A stretch of 63,108 bases of DNA, counting the filler, from Pelomyxa schiedti (Eukaryota; Protista; Evosea), in assembly GCA_020536535.1 (NCBI GenBank). It is 7 parts of 7 records of this genome, joined end to end, with 100 filler letters (N's around TTAATTAATTAA, not from the genome) between each part and the next. Parts side by side here need not be neighbours in the genome. Positions count along the whole stretch, not along the records: positions 34,690 to 50,265 come from JAHLWZ010001157.1; 6 more parts are not named here. One strand, given 5' to 3'. The stretch's first letter is position 1. Each line of letters opens with the position of its first letter. The position numbers and the translations under genes are program-made. Below are positions 38,803 through 48,960 of the stretch, in pieces. The notes beneath the pieces are model-generated. The model was not told the origin of the DNA and did no database searches. It saw only the letters and a program-made list of their open reading frames with translations.

Positions 38803-41800
38803 ATGAACACGGGACAACGAAAAACACCCTCAAACGGCGAAGATGAAGCACCCGTAGATACACCCGCGCCATTAGTCTCTACTTCAAACACGACAACACC
38901 CACAGTCGCCACTTCAACTTCGAACACCGGGATCAGCAGGGGCATGACTACGAGTCACAGCGTAAACAGCAGAGACAAGCGCAAAGCGTGCTGCTGGCCC
39001 GCTCTCAGGCCCCCCGGCGTCCCCACCCCTCCTGCTTTCTCGTCCTCTTCGTCGTCATTTTCATCGTCATTGTCTTCGTCCTCGTCGTTCTTGAACACGG
39101 CGCCGTTGGACTTGGGCAGTGGTGGCATTGTGGGACCCAATGGAGGCGGGGGCGGAGCGGGGAATGGGGTGCGTGACGACCGGCGGAGGTCCAATTCTAT
39201 GCCGCTGGTTGTGAAATTTCCTCCAAACGACGTGGGGGTGGGAAACCAGGGGGCGGTGTGTGAGCTATCGTGCTCTCCGCCGATTCGCGGTGGCCTTGCG
39301 GCTGCTCCTTCGGCGCCCTCTTCGTGCGGCTCTGCCTTGGCCACAGTGCCCCTATGCACACCGAAGCAGGAGGTGGTGCAGACTGGTGGGGGACATTCCA
39401 TCGAGGGGATCAAAACTCCTAGAGCCCACCTCACCTTGGAACAGCTGTTGGGCATGTACTTTGCGCCACTTGTTACTTACAGAGAGCAGCAGTGCGGTAT
39501 TACTCATCAACCGCTATGGTGGTACCGCAGGAAAGCAATGGAAGCAGCACAATTCGAGAAAAACCTGACTTCAACACTAAACTCTGGTTTGTACGTTGCT
39601 GTTGACGAATCTTATATATTTTTGGCAACGTTGATTTCTGCAATTCTACAATCACCCCGAAGTGTAAATCTGGCTTCATTCTCAACTTTACCACTGGCGG
39701 AGCAGAAGAAGCTGGTAAACATGTCCACTTCCAGCCAAGAAGCACTCAGTGTATTGTTTACACTAATTTTACGTGACAACTCAGAATTTCTCCTCCATGT
39801 GGGTCATCAATTAGTGAAAACAGGCAGGTACACTGGGCCCCTATGTGGAGAAAGCCTGGTTACTCTGCAATTAAATGGCTTCCCTGCATTTCGCGAGACA
39901 ATTTTCGTTGAATTTTCCTATACAAACTTTTCTGGGGTGGAATTACGAGGCTTGAACTTCACGTCACTTTCTCTGTGCTGGTGTGATTTTACCAATTCTA
40001 AACTGGATGGCTGCCAATTTCAATGTTCGTGCTTAGATGGCGCATGTCTATCTCAATCGGTCGTGCATTTGGCAGACTTCACAGGAGCATCTCTTATTAG
40101 AACAAACTTCACTCGTTCACAGGCGGACAGTGCCATTTTTGACTGGACAAATATGTTTGAAGCGGATTTATCCCAGATGTGCAGTGAGAGGGCCCAATTC
40201 AAATGCTCGTATTTAGGGGGTGCTTTACTTCATCATGCGATCCTTAAAAGGGCGAATTTCAGTGAAGCCTCGATGGGGACTGCTAGTCTTCTGCACTGCA
40301 ACCTGAAGAATGCAATTTTAACGGGCACACAGGGTTTAACTGTCTCCCAACTCCGGGAGGCGGCAACTGTTTTTCAAGCCCACATCCCTGCTGGTGGAAT
40401 TTCAGTCGTGCCCCCTGAAACACTGGAGCACCTAAAACAAGAATTGAAGTTCGACATTGATCCAGCTGTACCTCTATCTGAAGAGCAACAATACAGCTGG
40501 ATTTCTGACTTCCTGAGTTCTGAGTCCCAAGCAAGTAATGATGGACAACCTCCAAGTTGGGTTGGATTAAAGAAAAAACCATGGAACCATGAACCCCAAT
40601 GGAATGGCACTCCAACAGATACAATTTACAATATGGAACCAGACGAAGAATTGTGGCGTGTTGTGGAGACTCTGGTACACTGTACGAGCGATACTTTGAG
40701 TTATAGATCCAAGCCCTTTGAATTTGCCAGAATGAAAAAAGCAGCCGATACGGGAAGATTGCTTGCGTTCTTGCAGCAGGAGGCAAAGCACCCTCCAATT
40801 CACACGGGAGAAGTGGAGAGTATCAGTATTAAAGAAATAAAGGTGGTCAAAAATTTACAGCTATGGAAGCAGTATCAAGGGGCAAAGAAAGCTATCGCAG
40901 AAGATTTAACTTCACGTGGAATTCAAGTTCCATTGAACGGTGTTGGCTGGCATTCTTCACTCTGTGGTTTGCCTGTTCTGAATTCCCATGTTGGTGAATG
41001 CTGGCTCTTTCATGGTGCAAGCCAATATATAGTTCAGTTGATCACAAAGGGTGGCTTCAGCACCAAATTTTCAACACGAAAAATGTTCACTGGCTATGGT
41101 GCCCTTGGCAAAGGTATATACCTCTCGGACTCCTTTGGGAAGGTCTCCACATATGTCACCTGTCCCAAATGTGGAAATAACTGCTGTTTGTGCACTGACA
41201 AAACCCAGAGTTTAAAAGTAATGTTACTCTGCAGAGTTTTACTGGGCCATGTATTTGTAGATAAGCACAAAGAACATAAATTTGAAGAACTTGTTCCAGA
41301 GGGCTATCATTCCTCATGGGGGCCGTATGCACAGCTTATGCCGGACAGCGCCTTCCAATCTAATGAATTTAGGCTGGATTCTTCCCAGGTTTACCCGGAG
41401 ATGTGCATATTCTATCAAGACAATTCACCTGTGTTTAGATTTGATGTACAAATTCCTGAGACCAAAATCCCCGCTCCAGATTTATGGGCAGCATCACTTG
41501 GCCCCATTGTAGTTCCAGTTACTGATGCACTGAAAGATTTTTATCGCTTAATGCTCCGATCCAAAGATATTGTTCGACGAGAAGCACTTTTAACCTCGAT
41601 TGAGCAAGCATGTTCAAAAGTGCTTCTCAACGCCGATCAAAGAGTCCAACTTGCAATCAGTGAGTTACAACAGAGAGTGATGGCTGAGCGCAATGAATGT
41701 AGAACAAGCCTATTAGGACCAAGTATTCCTGAGAGTGAAAGAATATTTTGTTATGTTACTCAACGTGGGGCCAGTTTTTCTGCCCTTCAACAATGGGGAA

Positions 41801-44800
41801 AAGCAATTGAGCAATACAAAACGGCTTTACAAATACACAGTCACGATGCGAACTTATGCCTCAGCTACGCTGTTGCTAGTTACAAGTTTCAGGAAGACAA
41901 AAAAGAAACTATTACATACCTCAACAGGGCATTTCACATAGAACCGAAGCTCGCTCTTCACATATATGAGAATGAACACTTTTGTTCTCAACTAGCTGTC
42001 ACAAACTGGAGCTTGGATTTAATATCACAAGGCCACACAGACCCGTTGTACCATGAGGAGTGGCTAAGACGAACCTTCTGCGATATGCACCATTACTGTC
42101 TCACAGGAGAGATTTCTTTGATTCAATGTGAGGACTTTTACTGGCAATTTGACTGGGATACACGGCAGAAAATGCTTTCCACATTTTCTTTGCTGACATT
42201 TGGTCAAGACAATTCAGCCACACATCAATCATTGTCTGCTTGGATTTTGGATATCCTTGAAGACCGTTCTGGAAATCACATGCGCGTGAATCATTTATGC
42301 TCATCATGGTCTCTTCAATTTAGTGAACTTTTTTCTCCACCTCCAATTAGCAATGAGAAGGTAGTTGTTTCTTGGGTTGATCGCTTAACTGGACAGACAC
42401 TTACTAGGAATCTTAAACCTAACTTCGTGTCTTCACTTTTCAATAACCAGGGCTACCCAAACTGTTGTGAAAACAACATATCTACTGATCAATGCTTGGT
42501 TGTGTCATTAGAAGAAGAAAATCGATTGATTGCACAGTGTAAATTCTACCCAAGATACCCCTTTAGGCAATACGCTGCTGACGAACTAACATATTCACTC
42601 AGCGGCTATGGCCCAATAACCACTTTGGCAAAAATTATTCATCCAATGAGAAGCGGGCAACCTTATCCAGTTTTATTCTACATGCCATTAGGTGAAGCTT
42701 TACATCAAAAGCACACGAACATGACCAAAACTCCGGTTCTGCACAAAAAGGCTTTCTCCTGGAAATTGTTTGAGACTCTTCTTCTGCAGCCGGAAGGAGA
42801 TCGAGTTGAGAACCTCTCCCTCTATGATGGCTGGATTCTGGGGCTAAACAACGAATCTATTTTACCAAAAGTCTCTGTCCAAGACAACGTCACAAAAGTG
42901 TCCAGCATTATATTCTTTTTCCCTGAAATGAGCATGCCCATCAATCAACATGTGTCTCGTGCCTTTGAGCAGCTAGACCCATGTGCCCTTCTTACAGAGT
43001 GGGGGATGAAACTCGAGAGGTACAACACAAACCTCAACAAGCTCTTCTCTGAAAATCAGATTTCTCTCTACCGAGGTACTCAACAAGGCAGTGCGGATCG
43101 AAATTATAACTGCTATTGCAATTTATCTGCTCTTTTTCGATCGCAGGATATCACCAAGTTGGCTTGCCGGATGGTACACATGCAAGAATTATTAAAGTCG
43201 CCTGCCTCTACAAGCTGGACTCACCAACAGTTCCTTTCCTTTGTGGAACCCCAACTCGCTGCATGCTTTGAGGCAATAAGGACAGACCTTCTTTGTCCCT
43301 CTCCAAAGGTTTCTGTTTTGGTCAGTTGCCTATGGTTCATGCGCTTCGATAAATGTGAGGATGAATACCTTCCAGTTGTGGAGTTGAAGGATACAAACAT
43401 AGCAAAAACTGTGGACACATACCGGCAAATCTTTTGCGTGTACCATTTGGTGCAGGAGAATCAAGATATAACCCCTTTCAAGACAACAAGTGATGATGTG
43501 AGAGAAGCTGTGTTCAACAGTCTAGACTGGATTGCATTAGGTCCCAAATATAGCCAAGTAGTACTGCAGACCTGCGCCGACCTGAGAATTCCTTTTACCA
43601 AGCTTTCGATTTCCTTTAACCAGCAGCTTTCTGCGCCCTCTCTATGTAGTTTACTCTCTGCCTCAATCCAAGTGATCAAGTTGACATCCTGCCCTTTTGA
43701 ATCCTCCCTGCTGGGGAGAATATGTGAATTGTGCTCTAGTTTAACCACGCTCCAGCTGGAAGAACTGGATCAGCTTTCGCAAATATGCGAGTCAACGGCA
43801 TGTACAACATTTTCTCCTACCACCCAGTGGCAAACTCTACAAACCCTTGTCGTCCTGAACTGTAAGAATCTTGTACAAGTGACTCTCACTCAGATCCCTA
43901 AACTGAGCTCCTTTGAAGTCCGAAACTGCTTTAAGTTACAAAATATTAATTTGGTAATTAGCAGTGGTTCACTAGAGTTCGTTCACCTGGAGAATTGCCA
44001 TGCACTCCAGAATGTTTCTATTACCTCTCCAGAGGCCTTCGTCAACATGAAATCTCTTCAAGTTCTCTCTTGCCCACAATTGGAGGTTGATGGGTTTACT
44101 CTCCCTGTTCCGGTTCTACAGCTTCGAACATACAACTTCAAGGATCAATCTTATTATGTCAACCGGTATAAAGTAATGATATCAACGCTCTTTTCTGACT
44201 TCAGATGTCCATTGTATTGCCAAGACCTTATTGCGACCTTGTTCAGCTATCTGCGGGGCTATAAGATATGCCTTCATCATGAATCAAGGAAAGTTGTTGA
44301 TACAGCAATACAAAACCTTCTGCTACTTCGTAAAAATCTTGTATCTGCAACGATTCCAACTCTGTTTAAGGGACTCAATGACAAAGACAACTCTGTGCAG
44401 TCAAAGGTGATGACAGTGTGGCACAGTGCTCTCAAATCCAGTGCCCATCTGATTTCACCCCAAATTATTTCGTTCTTCTTTAAGGGTTCTAGAGTACAAC
44501 AACTCCACAACGACCTTTTGGTAGAGGCTCTGGGGTCAGCTCTCGCTTATAACGTATACCTCAATGTGGATATCTGCACTGCATTGCTGCAATTACTAGG
44601 TGATAGTAACTCCGGCATAAGATGCAGATCTATAAAAGTTATCGCCAAAGCAAATATATCCCTGGATGCCGAGTGGGCCCAGCGTCTGCAACTGGCAATT
44701 TTGAATGCTTTAGAAGATGAATCAAGTGACGTTAGAGGCGAATCTATCCATGCGTGGGCATGCCTTATCACCTCTTTCAAAGAGCCATCCGACTTCAAGA

Positions 44801-46464
44801 GGGTGAACAACTTCTCCCATTTCTTCAGGGCCCTGTCAGACAGTAACAAGCGGGTCTGTTCCAGGGCTATTAGAGCTTTTACCAAAGTTATGAAGTACCA
44901 TCCATCGAGGATGAGCGAGACACTCCTTTTTAGGTTTTCTCAGTTGCTTATAGCAGAAATTACAAATGAGTCATGGGAAGACAGTGCTATACGAGTCAGT
45001 CCAGGTCGCCGTGCCCTTGCAGTTCTTTCCAGGTTATGCTCTGAGCAATTATTTCAGTCTATGAGAACAGTATTGACAGAACTACTGAATAGTGAAAACC
45101 TTACTATTAAGAGAAGAGCTGCTTTGGGGATAACGGATATCCTCAAGGAACGAGCAGCGCTATTTTCTCCCGATAGTGTTTCTGTCCTCGCCCCTCTGTT
45201 ACTCAAAAGCTTCGATTCCACTGAACCCGTGAAAGCCCTAGGAGAGTTGGTTCGTTCTTGTTCTCAGTCGTTTTCTGTGGAACTGCTCCGGGATATTCTT
45301 GTCACTCTCCTAAAGTTGGTAGCCAATCCAAAAGCTACAATATTCGATGACTGGAGAAAATCTCATGTCTTGGGGGTTCTTCTCTCTTTGTTTCCACTTT
45401 TGGACAGAAATGGCATTGACTGGTACACTCCTGACCTGCAAACTAATATATGTTCTCTGTGTTTTGAAGGCGGAATTTTCACTAAAGCAAAGGCAGCGGA
45501 AGTCATGGAGTATATTCTAAGCACAGATGATAGATTATCACAGATCATGCCCCCTTTACTGAATGCTCTTGGAGGCAATATCAGCTCGTCACGCTGTGGT
45601 GCCGCCTTATTACTGGAAAAAGTTACTCAGCAATTTCCAAAAATTGTGAATTCGGTCATTCTTGCAAAGATGTCATCTGCACTCCAGACTGCACTTCAGG
45701 AGCGAGACGAGAACCTTGGACAGCTTGTCAAATCCATTGGAGAAGTTTTGCGACTAGCCTCCAATTTCATCACAACTGAAACGCTTCTGCAAATGTCTCT
45801 AATGTTATTTCAAGCAACATTTCACACCAAGCTAGCCAAGCCAATTCCAGTGGCTTCCTGGGGTGAACTGGTGAAATCTCTCAGTGAAGACAACTCTTCC
45901 TTTGCATCTCAGATATGTAGAGTACTCTGTGATTCCCTTCGGGAGAGAAATCAACCACTAGTCTACGCTGCAGCCGGGGCCCTCAAGCACATAGTCACCC
46001 TAAGCAACATTTCACCAACCATCGCCACTCAAATTCTGCAATCCCTTATTGCTTCCCTATTGGCTTTCTCCAACCCAACCTTTCAAGAAGAAGCCGCTGC
46101 CGCACTTGTAATGCTGGTCAGCACCAGAATGGAATTAGTCACACCGGAAATACTCACACAGGTTTTCCGGGTGGTGCCCTCGTTCAAAGCGAACCACAAA
46201 TCCAACCTCCACCTGTGTTCACTCTCCTGCCTAAGCTTTCCCAGTCTTCTTGCGCCCTCTCTTGTCCTCCTGCTCCCCCCGCAGCAGCAAACAATGAAAT
46301 TGCTTGGCCCGCAGTCCCCCGCTCTTCCCAGAATTGTAGTTGAGAGGGTTGTGTACTTCGTAGCAACTAGTCCCTCTGCCTCCCTCAATGCCGCCAGAGT
46401 TTGTAAGGCTTGGAAGAGGCTTTTTCTTCGTTACTGCATAAAACCCACTAAAACACATCCCTAA
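38803..46464 (+). CDS. 2553-aa intronless multidomain protein: pentapeptide repeats, PARP/tankyrase-like ART, TPR, atypical kinase-like, LRR, HEAT repeats, C-terminal F-box-like
   Basis: One uninterrupted 7.66-kb ORF. Domains read from the sequence lie at about 39910-40340 (pentapeptide), 40620-41420 (ART), 41760-41950 (TPR), 42500-43050 (kinase-like), 43560-44130 (LRR), 44280-46150 (HEAT) and 46310-46430 (F-box-like). Confidence 0.9.
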   Translation: MNTGQRKTPSNGEDEAPVDTPAPLVSTSNTTTPTVATSTSNTGISRGMTTSHSVNSRDKRKACCWPALRPPGVPTPPAFSSSSSSFSSSLSSSSSFLNTAPLDLGSGGIVGPNGGGGGAGNGVRDDRRRSNSMPLVVKFPPNDVGVGNQGAVCELSCSPPIRGGLAAAPSAPSSCGSALATVPLCTPKQEVVQTGGGHSIEGIKTPRAHLTLEQLLGMYFAPLVTYREQQCGITHQPLWWYRRKAMEAAQFEKNLTSTLNSGLYVAVDESYIFLATLISAILQSPRSVNLASFSTLPLAEQKKLVNMSTSSQEALSVLFTLILRDNSEFLLHVGHQLVKTGRYTGPLCGESLVTLQLNGFPAFRETIFVEFSYTNFSGVELRGLNFTSLSLCWCDFTNSKLDGCQFQCSCLDGACLSQSVVHLADFTGASLIRTNFTRSQADSAIFDWTNMFEADLSQMCSERAQFKCSYLGGALLHHAILKRANFSEASMGTASLLHCNLKNAILTGTQGLTVSQLREAATVFQAHIPAGGISVVPPETLEHLKQELKFDIDPAVPLSEEQQYSWISDFLSSESQASNDGQPPSWVGLKKKPWNHEPQWNGTPTDTIYNMEPDEELWRVVETLVHCTSDTLSYRSKPFEFARMKKAADTGRLLAFLQQEAKHPPIHTGEVESISIKEIKVVKNLQLWKQYQGAKKAIAEDLTSRGIQVPLNGVGWHSSLCGLPVLNSHVGECWLFHGASQYIVQLITKGGFSTKFSTRKMFTGYGALGKGIYLSDSFGKVSTYVTCPKCGNNCCLCTDKTQSLKVMLLCRVLLGHVFVDKHKEHKFEELVPEGYHSSWGPYAQLMPDSAFQSNEFRLDSSQVYPEMCIFYQDNSPVFRFDVQIPETKIPAPDLWAASLGPIVVPVTDALKDFYRLMLRSKDIVRREALLTSIEQACSKVLLNADQRVQLAISELQQRVMAERNECRTSLLGPSIPESERIFCYVTQRGASFSALQQWGKAIEQYKTALQIHSHDANLCLSYAVASYKFQEDKKETITYLNRAFHIEPKLALHIYENEHFCSQLAVTNWSLDLISQGHTDPLYHEEWLRRTFCDMHHYCLTGEISLIQCEDFYWQFDWDTRQKMLSTFSLLTFGQDNSATHQSLSAWILDILEDRSGNHMRVNHLCSSWSLQFSELFSPPPISNEKVVVSWVDRLTGQTLTRNLKPNFVSSLFNNQGYPNCCENNISTDQCLVVSLEEENRLIAQCKFYPRYPFRQYAADELTYSLSGYGPITTLAKIIHPMRSGQPYPVLFYMPLGEALHQKHTNMTKTPVLHKKAFSWKLFETLLLQPEGDRVENLSLYDGWILGLNNESILPKVSVQDNVTKVSSIIFFFPEMSMPINQHVSRAFEQLDPCALLTEWGMKLERYNTNLNKLFSENQISLYRGTQQGSADRNYNCYCNLSALFRSQDITKLACRMVHMQELLKSPASTSWTHQQFLSFVEPQLAACFEAIRTDLLCPSPKVSVLVSCLWFMRFDKCEDEYLPVVELKDTNIAKTVDTYRQIFCVYHLVQENQDITPFKTTSDDVREAVFNSLDWIALGPKYSQVVLQTCADLRIPFTKLSISFNQQLSAPSLCSLLSASIQVIKLTSCPFESSLLGRICELCSSLTTLQLEELDQLSQICESTACTTFSPTTQWQTLQTLVVLNCKNLVQVTLTQIPKLSSFEVRNCFKLQNINLVISSGSLEFVHLENCHALQNVSITSPEAFVNMKSLQVLSCPQLEVDGFTLPVPVLQLRTYNFKDQSYYVNRYKVMISTLFSDFRCPLYCQDLIATLFSYLRGYKICLHHESRKVVDTAIQNLLLLRKNLVSATIPTLFKGLNDKDNSVQSKVMTVWHSALKSSAHLISPQIISFFFKGSRVQQLHNDLLVEALGSALAYNVYLNVDICTALLQLLGDSNSGIRCRSIKVIAKANISLDAEWAQRLQLAILNALEDESSDVRGESIHAWACLITSFKEPSDFKRVNNFSHFFRALSDSNKRVCSRAIRAFTKVMKYHPSRMSETLLFRFSQLLIAEITNESWEDSAIRVSPGRRALAVLSRLCSEQLFQSMRTVLTELLNSENLTIKRRAALGITDILKERAALFSPDSVSVLAPLLLKSFDSTEPVKALGELVRSCSQSFSVELLRDILVTLLKLVANPKATIFDDWRKSHVLGVLLSLFPLLDRNGIDWYTPDLQTNICSLCFEGGIFTKAKAAEVMEYILSTDDRLSQIMPPLLNALGGNISSSRCGAALLLEKVTQQFPKIVNSVILAKMSSALQTALQERDENLGQLVKSIGEVLRLASNFITTETLLQMSLMLFQATFHTKLAKPIPVASWGELVKSLSEDNSSFASQICRVLCDSLRERNQPLVYAAAGALKHIVTLSNISPTIATQILQSLIASLLAFSNPTFQEEAAAALVMLVSTRMELVTPEILTQVFRVVPSFKANHKSNLHLCSLSCLSFPSLLAPSLVLLLPPQQQTMKLLGPQSPALPRIVVERVVYFVATSPSASLNAARVCKAWKRLFLRYCIKPTKTHP

Positions 46465-46766
46465 GTACCATGTGAAAATCTTCTCTAAAATAAAATGTAG
46501 TTGTATCCCTTTTTGTGCCTCTTCCAATACCTATTAGCCCCATTGAATCCAACAAAAAGGGCGGGGAATCCAAGTTGGGGGAAAAAAAAAGAAAAAAGGA
46601 TAACGAGACGACGCTCTAACCGTAAGTCTTTCTGCTCTAAATAGCACTGATGCAGTATCTGGATTTATCCATCTTGTAGATAAAATTGCTGTGTTCACAA
46701 GGCAAGATGGACTTTTGTTACAATGTGTTCCGCCACACATAGGTTTCCCTTTTTCCCCCTTCCTTT

Positions 46767-47769
46767 ATGTCTGAAAGCGTCCAGTATTCGTCATTCTCAA
46801 ATGCTGTCATCCAGAAAAACACTACTAGCTGCAAATCGTACATCGTCGGAATTGGAGCTACCTCACCTCTATTGGACTATTACGGCCAAGTGCCCAATTT
46901 ACTTTCTTGGTTTCATATTCAGTTGAAGGTCTTTTGCACTTAAACATCTATCAGTGAATCTGCAGCACTCTTTATGCTTGATGCACGTTCCATATTATTT
47001 CTTACTCCTTCTAGAAGAGATAGTGACTTAACTACGGTAACTAAAGGGGGCAATATTGCTTGGAATGTCTGTGCAACTGGTTTGCCTTGCACTCACAGCA
47101 CCTCTTTTTCCCAAAATACTTTTAGGCGAATTCATTCACCTACTGGATGCACAGGCATCAACACTACTTGCTCCTCTGGTTGCCAAACCAAAATCCGTGG
47201 AAGCCGTAGTAAATGGTTGCACCAATTGTCAACTCCAAGTCAACGATAGGTCTTCCTTGTGACCCTTACTTAATCCACTGAGTTTCTCCCTAGGAGTCAT
47301 TCAAGTAGTTAATAAAATGGGATATCTCACAGATGAAGATGTATTCCTCCTGCAATTGTTTGCATCTCTCAGGTATGAAAAGTGTTTTATCATGTACCAA
47401 CTGCAAGGGATTCTAGATCTCTGATGCTGGTGGCAATGCTACAACGTTTATTGCTACTTTGAGAAGATTTCAGGCAGCCATGTCGACTCAGCACAAGTTC
47501 CAAGTACCTTGATGGAGAAAATCTAATTAAATGATCCCTCAAACGAACTCTTGTTGATGCTGAAAGGATCTCCCTTTTCCTTATTGATTCAATTGCTGAG
47601 CTGGAGGCAATTCACTGCGTGTGCCTTTATTATTCTTATTGCAAAGGAACAGGTTTTATTCCTACGGCAGATGGGATACTACGACTTTGTTTACCCTTTA
47701 TGTCTTAACTATTCTGTGAGAACACCCTTATATATAAAAAAACTTACACACTACTCAGGGGATTTGTGA
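46767..47769 (+). CDS. GAF-domain-containing gene or gene fragment (exon structure uncertain, possibly degenerate)
   Basis: GNIAWNVCATG, STLLAPLV and GVIQVVNKMGYLTDEDVFLLQLFA resemble the GAF consensus (GIAG.V..tG, GViqv.NK...Ft.eD..ll..fa). Confidence 0.45.
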
Positions 47770-47799
47770 AAAGGAATATTAGGAGGGTATGTGTGACCT

Positions 47800-48960
47800 G
47801 TTGCCATCACCACTTTTCTTTATGCTCTTGTATGGCAACTCTTCTTTTCTTTGGATACCAGTCACAGCTGGAATCGCTGGTTCAAGTGGTGTGCTCCTCT
47901 GGTTTTTTACCAATACAAAGCCATTAAAAGGAAACCATATAATTGTTTTTGTTGGACTGGTGCGATGACCCAAATATTCTTCTTCACTTGACAGCCAATA
48001 CAGATCACAAGTTTACTTTGCCTGACGTTAATGTATCGTCTTCTTGCTTGATCTTCAAACGACTCAAGGCATCATTTACAGGATTCAACTTTCGCTGATC
48101 CATGCACCACCCTGCAGGCACATTCCCGCAATGCTAATAATGGCCAACTCAATTTTCCTTGAACTTCTCTCAATTGCAGTTGCATCGGCAATCAGAGTAA
48201 AGTGCCTGCCCAAAAGCCTCAAAATGACATGCCGGGTAGTGGAGCGTGTTTCTGCACCTTTATCATTGCGTCTCCTGCTTATTAAAGCTCAGTTGCAAAC
48301 ACCTTGTTCCAGTCTGGATGATTCGTAACAGGCGAATTCATCTGTTCTGCAAATGCGTGCTCTTGTGCAAGCCCCCTTATCCAAGGTTGATGTTTGGAGC
48401 CCATATCAAATACTCAAGCACAATCTCAGCAAATCCTGTGGCATGAAGCGCCCCTGATAAGCCACCAGTAAAAGCTTAGAACACCTCACTTCTGTTACAG
48501 TTAATGCTTTCAACTTTCACGTTATCTGGCTGAATGCCTAGGTACTTCCATTTGGTTGTTGCCATCTGACGTTCCATAAGGTTCACTTGGCTGCCCAGCT
48601 TTGTGCAAGTATGTCCCATCAAGCACTTTCTTGGTGAAAAATGATAACAACACGGCTTGGCTCAAGTTGAATTCCTTGCAACACACCATCGATCAGACTT
48701 GAAAATGTGGCTGGCGAATTTACAAGCCCAACAGGCATCATGCACCTTGAACTGATGGATCCCCTTGTTGTACGAAATGCCCGTTTTGACTTGGAATCTT
48801 TCTTACCAAAACAACAGGGGCATCCGGCTCCGGGATATTCCACGGTTCAATGATGATGTATTTTTCAAGCATGTTCAGAACCTCCTTGTCAGTTATCTCA
48901 TATTCCGATGTGCGCGGCATTTGCGCCCTTAACGAACCGAACTGCACACTGCCTGCCACA
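47800..48960 (-). mobile_element. Second decayed Ty3/Gypsy pol remnant
   Basis: PRTSEYEITDKEVLNMLEKYIIIEP...APVVLVRK and MMPVGLVNSPATFSSLIDGVLQG match Gypsy RT motifs. Many stops and frameshifts are present. Confidence 0.8.
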
